Shown here: positions 1 through 12,544 of the stretch, piece by piece
Position numbering within the stretch: the stretch's first letter is position 1
Layout of the letters: each line of letters begins with the position of its first letter
NCBI RefSeq assembly: GCF_004010195.1
Contig: NC_057720.1
Coordinates: forward strand, 13,361,241 to 13,409,573
DNA length: 48,333 nucleotides
Direction: 5' to 3'
From: Chiloscyllium plagiosum
Taxonomy: Eukaryota
Translations under genes and position numbers: made by a program
Notes under the pieces: model-generated
Database searches by the model: none
Told to the model about the DNA's origin: nothing
What the model saw: only the letters and a program-made list of their open reading frames with translations

Positions 1-190
1 AGGGGAGAGGGGAGTGCAGGAGAGGGGAGTGGAGAGGAGGGGGAGAGAGGGGAAGAGGGGGAGTGGAGGAGAGGGGGAGAGAGGTATAGGGGTAGTGGAG
101 GAGATGGGAGTGGAGGTGAGGGGAGTGACGATAAAAGGTGAGAGGAGAGTAAATGAGGTGTGAGGTGAGGAGAGGGTAGAAACAAGCGGT
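1..190. repeat. Purine-rich (GGAGA/GGGGA) low-complexity tract
   Basis: Almost entirely G/A with imperfect GGAGAGGGG units. Confidence 0.85.
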
Positions 191-519
191 GATGAGTGGA
201 ACAGTGATTGATAGGTTCCTTTGACAAACTGGCACTGACACTGCAGGCACTTCAACTGTAGGGGCAGCACATGCAGTTACAGCAACAGCAAACACAAGCC
301 TTTCATTTCAGTGCTGTTTCATATTTAATCCCAATTCTTATTTCAAAGCCTGTGGAAATGAATCTGGCTCTATCTTTCACTGGGGGTCTATTGATGAGGG
401 AACGGATGGAAATACCAAACGGATATCGTCCAATATTAACAGGAAAATTTGGTTAGAATCAGACACCATGGGTGGGGTGGGGGTGGGGAGGAGGGGGTTG
501 GCGGGGGAGGGAGAATGTG

Positions 520-820
520 CATTTGGCCCTTGGTCTCTTTGAAAGAGTGATCTACAATTAATCCCACTCCTCGCTCTCTCCCCATAACCCTGGAAGTGTT
601 TTTCCTTTTGAAGTTGAGATCCAATTCCCTTCAGCAAGTTGCAATCGAATCTGCTTTCATGCAATACTTTACAGAACGACTTACTGTAGTTCCAATGAAA
701 ATATCCGCATCGCCTCCCTCGGTGCTTTTGCCAATTATTCTAAATATTCATCCTCTGGCTCCTGACCCTTCTGCCAGTGGAAACAAGTTCTTTTCAGCTA
801 CCTTCATTACTGGCCTCATC
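520..820 (-). mobile_element. Old CR1-type LINE 3' fragment
   Basis: Degenerate similarity to the reverse complement of other CR1 3' ends in the window. Confidence 0.45.
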
Positions 821-1755
821 AACTCGTATCAGACACATGGAGGACACTGATTCTGCCTGCAAGGGACTGCCAATAGTAATAATAACATTATTCTTCAGGA
901 ATGAATTTAAACTTTTATTGTTCCTTAATATTGTCAAGACGACCTGAACACTTCAGGGACTCTGAAACTGCGTTTCACCTTAATTCCCCACACACCCCAA
1001 CCATCAAACTTTGTGATGAGACAAGTTGGAGCAGAAAAAGAGACAAACAAAACTGCAAATTGGCTGCATACTTTTCAAGCTTCTGTCAGACTGGGAGCCA
1101 TTTTGTGGGGGGAGCTGCTGAGATTTGTACCAGAGCTTTGTTTTGTCTTTGTTTTTAAAGTGGTTCTTGATCAATAAATTACCCTGTTGTCAGTTTGCCA
1201 GCCCCATTTGGAAACTGTAGGAAAACCAAGGTTTTACCTTTCAACTCTCAGCAACAGTATCCACTAATTAAAAAATCGGTCTCACAATGAAGTTGTTTTC
1301 ATTTGAATAATAATGTTCCAGTCAAAGTACGTCCTTTACTTACCATTGTCCCATTGTGATTCTTTGTGGCTGATGATTAATTTTTGAGCGTGATTAGTTT
1401 TCAAATAAACTGCAGTGTGCCTGACATTATGGCGTGATTGTAGCTCGGTTCACAACTACAAAAGCACTTCAGGTTGAATTCATTACACTGAGGGTTTTTT
1501 TTCCCCTCTTTTTGAACTATTGTTGTTTACTCTAGCAAATGTAATTTTTGCATAACCGCTAAGTCAGAGGTCACAAACTGCATTTCAGGAGGATAGGGGG
1601 ACACGAGGCCAGATATTTCCTATTGCCAAGCATCGGCTTTTGGAATGGGTTCCTTTATTTAAAAGTGTTTCTGTTCCATGTGATTGCTCAGAGCTAAGAG
1701 AGGAAGGACTTTGCTATGTTATGGATCGCTGAGCTACATCATGGGCAAGCAATGG

Positions 1756-1930
1756 GAGGCAATGGCCTACTGGTATTCTCGCTGGGTTATCAATCCACCA
1801 ATCCCGATAATGTTACCTGGTCTGGCCTACATGTGACTCCAGACCCACAGCAATGTAGTTGTCTTTTAACTGCCCTCTGGGCAGTAAATGTTGCCCTAGC
1901 CAGTGATGCCCTCATCCTGTGAAGGAATAA
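1756..1930 (+). mobile_element. tRNA-derived SINE (family 2), internally deleted
   Basis: Head ggaggcaatggcctactgg is joined directly to tacctggtctggcctacatgtgactccagacccacagcaatg. It matches the fuller copy at 46108-46448. Confidence 0.75.
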
Positions 1931-2149
1931 AAGAAAACAAAGTCTGTTCTGACCCTAGTGATGATGCTATGGCTTTAAGTGCTCATTTTGTCCTTTGTTT
2001 TCAGAGAGAGATTGGGAGGACAGGCACTGACCCATCGATGAGCTTATAAACAACTTGTGAAGCTTTGGATGGTTTTTCTAAAACCCAGAATAACTGACGC
2101 ATGAGTGGGTGGAGGCACACACAGACCTAGGAATTTCCAGGATCAAATT

Positions 2150-2236
2150 ATTGCAGATCTGTACTGAAAACAACAAATGCTGGAGATCACAGCGGCTCAG
2201 ACAGCATCCATGGAGAGACACTCTGATGAAGAGTCA
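2150..2236. mobile_element. PLE-derived short element, family C fragment
   Basis: aaatgctggagatcacagcggctcagacagcatccatggagaga...ctctgatgaagagtca resembles the copies at 8030, 31374 and 41190. Confidence 0.6.
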
Positions 2237-2257
2237 ACTAAACAGTGTAAAGGCACA

Positions 2258-2342
2258 GGACAACCACCTGATGAAGGAGCGGCGCTCCGAAAGCTAGTGC
2301 TTCCAATTAAACCTGTTGGACTATAACTTGTGTGATTTTTTT
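2258..2342 (+). mobile_element. PLE-derived short element, family B right arm
   Basis: cttccaattaaacctgttggactataac...tgtgtgattttt is shared with the elements at 39519 and 46838. Confidence 0.75.
2265..2300 (+). ncRNA. Minimal type I hammerhead ribozyme motif (family B)
   Basis: cac-CTGATGA-a-GGAGC ggc GCTCC-GAAA-GCTA-gtg: intact core, 5-bp stem II, palindromic AGCT stem III, CAC/GTG stem I. Confidence 0.7.
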
Positions 2343-2509
2343 AAAAAAACAGAGAGGAAGAGAACAAGCCTTCCAAGTCTGGCTGTTGTGAGTCCATCAC
2401 CGAGCTCTCTTCTGCCTCAATATCTGTTGTTTAAAAAAAAATCTGTTGCCTGAAATACGGTTCCTTTATTTAATCTTGAGTTCGGTTTCATTATTTTTCC
2501 CAAGTTTGA

Positions 2510-5500
2510 TAAGTACAAGAAGGACGGATTGCACCTGAATTGGAAGGGGACGAATATACTGGCAGGGAGATTTGTTGGAGCTGCTCAGGAGGATTTAAAC
2601 TTGTAAGGTAGGGGTTGGAACCCAGGGAAATAGTGAGGAAAGAGATCAATCTGAAACTGGTACAGCTGGGAAAAGGAGTGAGTCAAACATTCAGGGCAGG
2701 AAGGAACAAAACAGAGAACAAGGTAGAACTAATAAATTAAACAACATTTACTTCAATGCAAGAGGCCTAACAGGGAATGCAGATGAACTCAGGGCATGAT
2801 TAGGAACATGGGGCTGGCATACTGGCAGCTTATTGTTCCAGGATAGTAGTGCTATAGGAAGGATGGGGTGGAGCAAGAGAGGAGGGGGAGTGGTGTTTTT
2901 GATAAGGGATAGCATTACTGCTATACTCAGGGAGGATATTCCTGGGAATACATGCTAGGAAGTTATTTGGGTGGAACTGAGAAATAAGAAAGGAATGAAG
3001 TCCTTCTAATATTGAACAGAAAATTGAGAAACAAATTTGTAAGGAGATTTCAGTTTTCTGTAAGAATAATAGGATGGTTATGGTAGAGGATTATAACTTT
3101 CCAAACATAGCCTAGGACTGCCATTGTGCTAAGGGTTTAGATGGAGAGAAATTTGTTAAGTGTGTACAAGACAATTTTCTGATTCAGTATGTGGATGTAC
3201 CTACTAGAGAAGGTGCAAAACTTGACCTAAGGGAGGGCAGGTGACTGAGGTGTCAGTGGGGGAGCACTTTGGGGCCAGCGACTATAATTCTATTAGTTTT
3301 AAAATAGTGATGGAAAAAGATAGACTGGATCTAAAAGTTGAAGTTCTAATTTGGAGAAAGGCTAATTTTGATGGTATTAGACAAAAAGTTTCAAAAGCTG
3401 ATTGGGGGCAGATGTTTGCAGGTAAAGGGACGGCTGGAAAATGGGAAGCCTTCAGAAATGAGATAATGTGAATCCAGAGAAAGTATATTCCTGTTAGGGT
3501 GAAAGGAAAGGCTGGTAGGTGCAGGGAAGGCTCGATGATCAGAGAGTTTGAGGCTTTGATTAAGAAAAAGAAGGAAGCCTATGTGAGATATAGACAGGAA
3601 AGATGAAATGAATCCTTAGAAGAGTATAAAGGCAGTCGGAGTATACTTAAGAGGGATATCAGGAGGACAAAAAGGGGACATGAGATAGCTTTGGCAAATG
3701 GGGTTAAAGAGAATCCAAAGGGATTTTATAAATACATTAAGGACAAAAGGGTAACTAGGGAGAGAATAGGCCCCCTCAAAGATCAGCAAGGTAGCCTTTG
3801 TGTGGAGCCGAGGGAGATGGGGGAGATAATAAATGAGTATTTTTCAACAACATTTACTGTAGAGAAGGACATGGAAGATATAGAATGTAGGAAAATACAT
3901 GGTGACATCTTGAAAAATGTCCATATTACGGAGGAGGAGGTGCTGGATGTCTTGAAATGCATAAAAGTGGATAAATCTCCAGGACCTGATCAGGTGTACC
4001 CTAGACTCTGTTGGAAGCTAGGGAAACGATTGCTGGGCCCCTTGCTGAGATATTTGTATTATAGGTGAGGTGTTGGAGATTGGAGGTTAGCTAACGTGAT
4101 GCCACTATTTAAGAAGGTGGTGAGGAAAAACCAGGGAACTATAGACCAGTGAGCCTGACATCGGTGGTGGGCAAGTTGTTGGAGGGAATCCTGAGGAGCA
4201 GGATTTATGTGTATTTGGAAAGGCAAGGACTGATTAGGGATAATCAACATGGCTTTGTGCGTGGGAAATCATGTCTCATGAACTTGATTGAGTTTTTTTG
4301 AAAAAGTAACAAAGAGGATTGATGAGGGCAGAGTCATAATCAATATAGACTTCAGTAAGGTGTTTGGCAAGGTTCCCCATGGCTAGCAAGGTTAGATCTC
4401 ACGGAATACAGGGAGAACTAGCCATTTGGATACAAAACTGGCGTGAAGGTGAAAGACAGAGGGTGATGGTGGAGGGTTGTATTTCAGACTGGAGGCCTGA
4501 GACCAGTGGAGTGCCACAAGGATCAGTGCTGGGTCCACTATGTTTTGTCATTTATATAAATGGTTTGGATGTGAACATAGGAGGTATGGTTAGTAAGTTG
4601 CAGATGACACCAAAATTGGAGGTGTAGTGGACAGCAAAGAGGGTTACCTCAGATTAGAAGGGGATCTTGATCAGATGGGCCAATGGATTGAGGAGTGGCA
4701 GATGGAGTTTAATTTAGGTAAATGCAAGGTGCTGCATTTTGGAAAAGCAAATCTTAGCAGGACCTGTACACTTAATGGTAAGGTCCTGGGGAATGTTGCT
4801 GAACAAAGAGACCTTGGAGTGCAGGTTCATACTTCCTTGAAAGTAGAGTTACAGGTAGATAGGATAGTGAAGAAGGCATTTGGTATGCTTTCCTTTATTG
4901 GTCAGTGCATTGAGTAGAGGAGTTGGGAGGTTATGTTGCTGCTGTACAGGACATTGGTTAGGCCACTGTTGGAATATTGCAATTCTGGTCTCCTTCCTAT
5001 TGGAAAGATGTTGTGAAACTTGAAAGGGTTCAGAAAAGATTTACAAGGATGTTTCCAGGGTTGGAGAGTTTGGGAGGGAGAGGCTGAACAGGCTGGGGCT
5101 GTTTTCCCTGGAGTTAAAGAGAATCCAAAGGGATTTTATAAATACATTAAGGACAAAAGGGTAACTAGGGAGAGAATAGGCCCCCTATTCGTCGGAGGCT
5201 GAGGGGTGACCTTATAGAGGTTTATAGAATCATGAGGGGCATGGATAGGGTAAATAGGCAAAGTCTTTTCTCTGGTATGGGGGAGTCCAGAATTAGAGGG
5301 TGTAGGTTTAGGGCGAGAGGGGAAAGATATAAAAGGGACCTCAGGGGCAACTTTTTCATGCAGAGGGTGGCGCATGTATGGAATAGGCTGCCAGAGGAAG
5401 TGGTGGAGACTGGTACAATTACAACATTTGAAAGGTATCTGGATGGGTATATGAATAGGAAGGGTTTGGAGAGATTTGGACCAGGTGCTGGCAGGTGGGA

Positions 5501-5590
5501 CTAGATTGGGTTGAGATATCTTGTCGGCATGGACGGGTTGGACCAAAGGGTTGTTTCTGTGCTGTACATCTCTATGACTCTATGAATCTA
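2510..5590 (+). mobile_element. 5'-truncated, disrupted CR1/HER1-like LINE (ORF1 esterase end, ORF2 endonuclease + RT, 3' UTR)
   Basis: Peptides YKKDGLHLNWKGTNILAGRF (ORF1 SGNH esterase), IYFNARGL (APE start), KSPGPD and SGVPQGSVLGPL (RT). Tail tctatgactctatgaatcta. Many stops and frameshifts. Confidence 0.95.
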
Positions 5591-5802
5591 ATCTGCAGGT
5601 ACCTTTCACTCCATTATGTAAATCTTCCAGAAAGGTGTAAATCAAACAGGAGATAAAGATCAGAGTGATTGATTTCAATCATTTTGGTGACATGTTAATT
5701 TTAGTTGAGCCAGGGTCTCGTTTATTGATGATTTCGTGAAGCTTGGGTCAGTCTAGACAGGTACCAACTACATTTATCTGAAATCAATGTTTTCTGTGCC
5801 TT

Positions 5803-5880
5803 CGATTCCCTACAATGCAGAAACAGGCCATTCAGCCTTCTGTCCGCACCCACCCTCTGAAGAGCATCCCACCCAGACTT
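5803..5880 (-). mobile_element. HE1-type SINE 3' fragment
   Basis: gattccctacaatgcagaaacaggccattcagcc...ccctctgaagagcatcccacccagac matches other HE1 tails. Confidence 0.7.
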
Positions 5881-6714
5881 ATACAGGACAGTCTTAGCTA
5901 ACAGACCTTCATCTAATCATTCTGTGTTGCAGCTGCCCAGGTTTAGGGTCTCCCTCAACATAAAGTGCTGGACTTTGGTATCTCTCAGTCTGCAGTGCTC
6001 AGTCATCAACAACGCTGAAAGACCCACAAGGTTTATGGAGACCAAAGAGGGACTTTCACAGAGCTAATGGTCCTCCAGCAGCAGTTAATGCTTATCCTGG
6101 TATGTATCCCTGGGAACAGCCTAAAGAGGACAAGGTTTTGAACTACAGATTTTATTAACTGGCTATCCACCACAGTGTTGTTTTTTTTCCCAAGACCAAG
6201 TCATCCTTTATTTACAGGTGCATAGTACATGATATCGATCCAGCTAGCTCAGAGGCAGCTCCCAGAGTGAACAAAACACCACAGTGTTGTTTGTGGAGTC
6301 CTCCTGTGCTCAGATTGGCTACTGCATTTGCCTCATGGCAATAACTGTACTTCATAAAGTCTGACTGTGTATCAGTAATTGGCTCTACCCTAAACATCTG
6401 TGAACAATTGATTAACACCATGAAACATTTGCATTACTCGTGTGACAAATGTCTCGCTGGAACTGGGGTTGCTAGTTTCTTTTGAACAAGTTCATTGGGA
6501 AAATCTTAGGTAGTAGATGTATAGAGATTGTGGTGGGACAGGGTACCTGCTCAGTTATCAGAATGCTCTTGGAAAGTCAACAGAAGCCTTGTGCTGGAAT
6601 TTCCTTTAATAGCACTGGGTCAAAACAATGACTGCAGATGCTGGAAACCAGATTCTGGATTAGAGTGGTGCTGGAAAAGCACAGCAGTTCAGGCAGCATC
6701 CAAGGAGCAGCGAA

Positions 6715-6749
6715 ATCGACGTTTCGGGCAAAAGCCCTTCATCAGGAAT
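6715..6749 (-). ncRNA. Minimal hammerhead motif (family A) in PLE 3' end
   Basis: Minus strand reads ttc-CTGATGA-a-GGGC tttt GCCC-GAAA-CGTC-gat, with a palindromic ACGT stem III and GUC site. Confidence 0.65.
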
Positions 6750-6860
6750 AGAGGCAGAAAGCCTGAAGCGTGGAGAGATAAATGAGAGGAGGGTGGGGGT
6801 GGGGAGAATGTAGCATAGAGTACAATGGGTGAATGGGGGAGGGGATGAAGGTGATAGGTC

Positions 6861-7139
6861 NNNNNNNNNNNNNNNNNNNNNNNNNNNNNNNNNNNNNNNN
6901 NNNNNNNNNNNNNNNNNNNNNNNNNNNNNNNNNNNNNNNNNNNNNNNNNNNNNNNNNNNNNNNNNNNNNNNNNNNNNNNNNNNNNNNNNNNNNNNNNNNN
7001 NNNNNNNNNNNNNNNNNNNNNNNNNNNNNNNNNNNNNNNNNNNNNNNNNNNNNNNNNNNNNNNNNNNNNNNNNNNNNNNNNNNNNNNNNNNNNNNNNNNN
7101 NNNNNNNNNNNNNNNNNNNNNNNNNNNNNNNNNNNNNNN
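6861..7139. other. Assembly gap (N run)
   Basis: Run of N. Confidence 1.
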
Positions 7140-7646
7140 AGACACGGACGGAACAGTCTTTGCGGAAGGCGGAAAGGGGTGGGGAGGGAAATATATCCCT
7201 GATGGTGAGGTCTTTTTGGAGGTGGCAGAAATGTTGGCGGATGATTTGGTTTATGCGAAGGTTGGTAGGGTGGAAGGTGAGCACCAGGGGCGTTCTGTCC
7301 TTGTTACAGTTGCAGGGGTGGGGTCTGAGGGCGAAGGTGCGGGAAGTGGATGAGATGCGTTGGAGGGCATCTTTAACCACGTGGGAAGGGAAATTGCGGT
7401 TTCTAAAGAAGGACGCCATCTGGTGTGTTCTGTGGTGGAACTGGTCCTCCTGGGAGCAGATACAGTGGAGGCGGAGGAATTAGGAATACGGGATAGCACT
7501 GGTCACGACTTCGGCAGGAAGTGTTGTTAAGCACCAAACCGGCTATGAGACCCCAATGATGATTTTTTGCAGACACAGCCAATTAAGCAGCTATAGAAAT
7601 GAGCCCTGACCAATTCAGCAGGACCCCCAATGCTAGAGGGCAAAAA

Positions 7647-7926
7647 GATTAGATTCCCTACAGTGTGGAAATTGGCCCTTCGGCCCAACCAGCCCTCCGA
7701 AGAGTAACCCATCCAGACCCATTTCCCTCTGACTAATGCACCTAACACTATGGGCAATTTAGCATGGCCAATTCACCTGATCTGCACATCTTTGGACTGT
7801 GGGAAGAAACCAGACACAGGGAGAATATGCAAACTCCACACAGACAGTTGCCTGAGGCTGGAATCGAACCTGAGACCCTGGTGCTAAGAGGCAGCAGTGC
7901 TAACCACTGAGCTATCATGCCACCCC
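7647..7926 (-). mobile_element. HE1-type tRNA-derived SINE
   Basis: A box (tagctcagtgg) and B box (ggttcgattcc) on the minus strand, conserved core gggcaatttagcatggccaattcacc, LINE-like tail. Confidence 0.9.
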
Positions 7927-8029
7927 CGAGCTTACTCACCAACTCATTGGGATCAGCAGCAGCCCAGAGCCAATGGTGGGGTAATGCCCATTGAGGTAAG
8001 AGAAACAGGCCTCCTCAAAATGGAAAGGC

Positions 8030-8162
8030 AGAATACTGTGGATGTTGGAAATCTGGAACAAATGCAGAGAATGCTGGAGAAACTCAGTAGATCTGGCAGC
8101 ATCTGTGGACAGAGGAACAGAGTTTGTGTTTTGAGTCTGGTGTAACTCTTCTCCAGAACTAC
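8030..8162 (-). mobile_element. PLE-derived family C fragment with degenerate hammerhead region
   Basis: gctggagaaactcagtagatctggcagcatctgtggacagaggaacagag...ttttgagtc...actcttctccagaac. Confidence 0.65.
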
Positions 8163-8227
8163 AGAAATTCACTAAAAAAAATCCTTAAACAGCACATTCT
8201 GAACCCACAAACATTGTATTTCTTAAA

Positions 8228-8770
8228 GGACAAGGGCAACAAATACATGGGAACACCATCAGCTGCAATTTTCCTCCCCATCCTGGTTTGGAATTATACC
8301 TTGGGGCAGCACGATGGCTCAGTGGTTAGCACTGCTGCTTCACAGCACCAGGGACCCAGGTTCGATTCCAGCCTGTTGATCTGTGTGGATTTCTTCCAGG
8401 TGCTGTGGTTTCCTCCCACAGTCCAAAGGTGTGCAGCTTATGTGAATTGGCCATGGGAAATGTAGGGTTCCAGAAATAGGGGAAGGGCTGGATCTGGGTG
8501 AGATATTCTTCAGAGTGTTGGTGTGGACTTGATGGGCCAAATGGCCTGCTTCCATACTCTAGGGATTTTACGACATCATTGTTATTTCACTGTCACTGGG
8601 TCAAAATCCTGGAATTCCCTCCCTCAGGGCATTGTGGGTCTACCAACAGCATATGGACTGCAGTGGTAAAGAAAGGCAGCTCATCACCACCTTCTCAAGG
8701 GCAACTGATGATGTATAATAACTGCTGGCCCAACTAGCGATGCCGAGATCCTACGAGTGAATTCAAAGAA
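8228..8770 (+). mobile_element. LINE 3' tail (shares its end with SINE family 2), split by an HE1 SINE
   Basis: gggtcaaaatcctggaattccctcc...ggcagctcatcaccaccttctcaagggcaa; same family as 12694-12960 and 24878-25180. Confidence 0.7.
8304..8572 (+). mobile_element. HE1-type SINE
   Basis: tggctcagtggttagcactgctg...ggttcgattcc head and ggtgtggacttgatgggccaaatggcctg tail. Confidence 0.9.
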
Positions 8771-9959
8771 ACAAAACTCTGTATTTCTGTCCAGTGTTTC
8801 CTTGTTTGCTCCTCAATGCTTACTGAAGAAAAATCCAAGGATCAAAAAATCCATAGCTACCAGGCCATGATCTTGGATGGGGCGATCGCTCAGGTGAGGC
8901 CTAAGCCATGCTGGTTGGACGGGTTTCTGAGCTGGAAGGACCTCTGGTCACCCCTCTCTCCAACCCGTTGTCTGTATTTCAGTCTTAGGATGGGGCTGAA
9001 ACTGAAAACTTCCAGATACGTGTCAGACCTCCTCACCCAACCCACCCCACCCCTCTCCTTCCATTCTGCCAAATTGAAGATGTCCTGGTGAGTGGGAAAG
9101 AGGTGGAGGTTCACCTCTCCAGGGGGTAACTGTGGACATGTGAATTCCGCTTCTGTGTCTGGTGGTCAATGGCACCCTTGCTTACGTGTGTATGTGAGTG
9201 TGTGTGTGAGTGTTTCTGGCTAACAACTGAATTCAAGGAAACTGTGCAGGACTGAAACATGGCAGCAGCTGCTTTTAGTGTGTGTCACACCTTACATTAA
9301 TGAGGTGTGTTCCTGAATTGTCCATTCCAGGGAAGTTCACTGCCGGAACGCAGCCCTGCTCTGCATTAGCCGCTATTTGATTACAGATAACAATCTACTT
9401 AAGATAACATTATTTTTCCTCTCCACTGTCCGATAAGATTCAATCTTTAAAAGCTCTGCAGTATTTATAATTAACAGAGATTTGCATTCACCAGAAAAAA
9501 ATCCCATCTGATAAGTTCTCCATTTGCTACAACAACTGATTTAAAAAATGGTATTTGGTGCAGAAGTTAAAAGGTTCCCTTTTAAGCTCATAAATAAATC
9601 ATTTTTGAATTGTGCTTGACGGTGATGGACTGACACTCCTAGTTGGTTCAGTTAGTGACGCTATTGTCTTCACAGAGTCATGTCATGTTGACCCCACGGA
9701 TCTCAGGTTCGAGGCTGGGTTCTGCTGATCTTCAGCAAGGCAGCCAGAAATGATCAGGATCATGATCAGGAGGAAAAATTCACTGACCCTGCTTCCTCCC
9801 AGGAAATCAGAACTCTTTAACTTTCCTTTGAAATGGAGGGGCAGCTGTAGCTTCAGACCAGGCCTTGACTACTTTATCTGTTTGATTTCATTGCTGGGTG
9901 GTATATGTGGAGAGACCTCCCCTCCATTTTTATATCCTGCCACAAGCAGCCGTGCACAA

Positions 9960-11046
9960 CAACAACTTACGTTCACATAGCACCTTTAGCTCAATGAAAC
10001 TTCCCAGAACGCTTCGCTGGAGCGATTGCGAAGCAAAGTCTGATGTTGAGCCACATTGGGGCTCTATTAGGTTGGGTGACTTCAGGTTTGCTCAGGGGTG
10101 CAGGCTTTAAGGAATGTCTTAAAGGAGGAAAACAAAGTTGAGAGGGGAAGGGTGGGAATTCCAAAATTTGGGACTAGGCAACTGAGACACAATCACCGAT
10201 GGGACAACAATTAAAATTGGAGATACACCTAAAAGGAATGCAGATACCTCAGAGGGTTAATTGATTGATTGATTTATTGTTATCACATGTGCCGAGATAC
10301 AGTGAACAGTATTGTTTTGTGTGTTATGCAGGCAGATTGCACCATGCAAGTGCATCATGGTAACAGACCAGAGTGCAGAATGCAGTGTTACAGCCAGTTG
10401 AGAAGGTGCAAAGACAGTGATCAAAATTAACATTTGAGAGGTCCTTTCAAAAGTCTGATAACAACTGGGAAGAAGCTGTTCTTGAATCTGTTCATAAGTG
10501 TATTCAAAATTTTATATCTTCTGCCTGATGGACGAGGGTGAAAGAGAGTATAACCAGAGTGGGAGGTGTCTTTGATTATATTGGTTGCTTTCCTGAGGCA
10601 GATGGAGTCAATGGATGGAAGGCTGGTTTGCATGATAGACTGAGCTGTGTTCACAGTTTTCTGTAGTTTCTTGTGATCTTGGGAACAGAAGTAGCCATAC
10701 TACACTGTGATGCATCCACCTGTGATGCTTTCTATGGTACATCTATAAAAATTCAGTTGTGGATCAGGATGAGATTATAGACATAGAGGAAGACTGATGC
10801 CCTGGAGCGGTTTGAAAGCAAAGATTTGAGAATATTTAACCCAAGACTTGGTTTCAACAGAGTCAATGTAGGTCAATGGGCACAAGGTTAGTAGGAGAAT
10901 AGGACTTAGTGTTTGTTAAGACAGGGGAGGCAGAGCTTTGGATGATGCCAAGTTTAAGAATGGTTGCTTATGAGACACCATTCAGAAATGCAATGGAACA
11001 GCTATGTTTAGAAGTCCCAAGTGCAGGACAGAAGGTTCCAGCTGCT
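9960..11046 (-). mobile_element. Old L2-type LINE 3' region, interrupted by a Rex1-type insertion
   Basis: The tail (reverse of aacaacttacgttcacatagcacctt) resembles the DeuSINE tails in the window. The sequence resumes after 10755. Confidence 0.6.
10259..10755 (-). mobile_element. Rex1/Babar-type LINE 3' fragment
   Basis: Peptide PSGRRYKILNTLMNRFKNSFFPVVIRLL; (CAAT)n tail. Confidence 0.85.
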
Positions 11047-12544
11047 CAATGACATTGGAATCATATTCAAGTCACCAGTGTTCACCATCTTTTCACTTTG
11101 GGCATCAAATGCATATCATTTTTGCGATCATCGCATGCTTTGTGACTTTTTAACTTTCCCTTACTTTTGGTTCAGTTCCTAACAACTGGAAGTAGCTCAC
11201 TAAAATAATTTACATCACATCAGAATAACTGGGTCACAGCCAAGTTGCACACAACTCTCTGTCGTCACTAATAAACAGGGAGAAGTAACTTTGAATTTTA
11301 ATTACAGAATGTTTAATATTTCTAAGGAAACCCAGTAATCTCCTCCTTCATCCTATATTTATAAATCCAGTGTCACAGAGCTTTCACAGCTCATTTCAGT
11401 GAACGTTGAAAGAAATCTTCAGGTGGCAACTCATTGACACCAAAAACAACTGACCCTCTTGATTGGATCTTTTGTTATGTTGTGTTTGATGGCTATTCAT
11501 TTTAACACATAACTAATAACTTTCCAATTGTGTTTATTTATTTAGACTGTCAAGCTGAACATGGACCATTTTGCTTTTGTTTAGTCAGTGTAGCAGTCTG
11601 TTGGTCTGTTTGCTAATGGAAGCTGACCCACATCGGCCAGCGTTGGGCCTATCCCAGGAATAGGGCAGGAATGTTACATCACAGCTCCTACAGCTTGCTA
11701 ACACGACCTGTCCCCAATTGTCCATCTGCTGTTCTGTTGGTTAAATAGCCTCAAATTAAAATCGGATATACCTGATGTGAGTACGTTTCGCTGAGCCACG
11801 TTGGCTCCTTTGTGTGGAATATTGATTATGGATTTCATTCATTTTACCTCCAGTTTCACTGTGGTAAAAGTGCCCTTTTCTGTGTTGTCAGTCCATGACT
11901 CTCTCCATGGGTTGGAGATATTGGCCATCAGACCACTTCATCCCAGAGGTGACTATGTCTGGGTGTGACAAAACACACTGGCTGTTAGTTACTAATGGAG
12001 TGAGTTTGCCGTATGCTAATTGACTCCAGTGTTTCCCACTTTAAAATGGACTTCGCTCGAGGACTCCCTGTGACTATGAAAGGTCCTTTGTAACTATAAG
12101 TCCTTTCTTCTTTTCCCCAATTTAAAGCCAGTTCATCCCCTCACACAGCTCTCCTCTAGCTGAAGGCACTGACTCTATACTCTTGCAGGATGATAGGTCA
12201 GCTGCTGATGCCTCTCCCTAGTTACTGTTATTCTGTGTGAGTCTAGGTGCGAAGTACATATGATCATGTCTCATCTGATGACCGGATAATTGCCTTTCCA
12301 ACCCATATGGTTTTCTTACCCAAACACATGAGACTTGCTCGGGAGCCCAGGACTTTGTAGGCCTTAAATCTATCGAAGGGCTTATAAACACCGTCATATT
12401 TTTCAGCTACGTTAAAAGAATCCATGAGATTTCTTTTTTATGCAGAATTAAATTCAAATATGCATTATTGGTGTCCGTACAAAATGATCTCACCGAAATA
12501 CAACATCTGTTGTGCCAATCTGGTATGAAGGCCTGATCTGTCCT

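Larger units (their letters stand above)
6619..7492 (-). mobile_element. 5'-truncated Penelope-like retroelement (family A), spanning a gap
   Basis: Peptide IPYS*FLRLHCICS...MASFFRNRNFPSHVV...PLVLTFHP (RT thumb/linker). The 3' end carries a hammerhead motif. Direct repeat atagcactgg at 6609-6618 and 7493-7502. Confidence 0.85.

Noticed and set aside
8983..9087. Exon-like segment with tttcag acceptor and CTG|gtgagt donor
   Set aside because: Isolated, low-complexity Pro-rich peptide with no recognisable homology and no partner exons.
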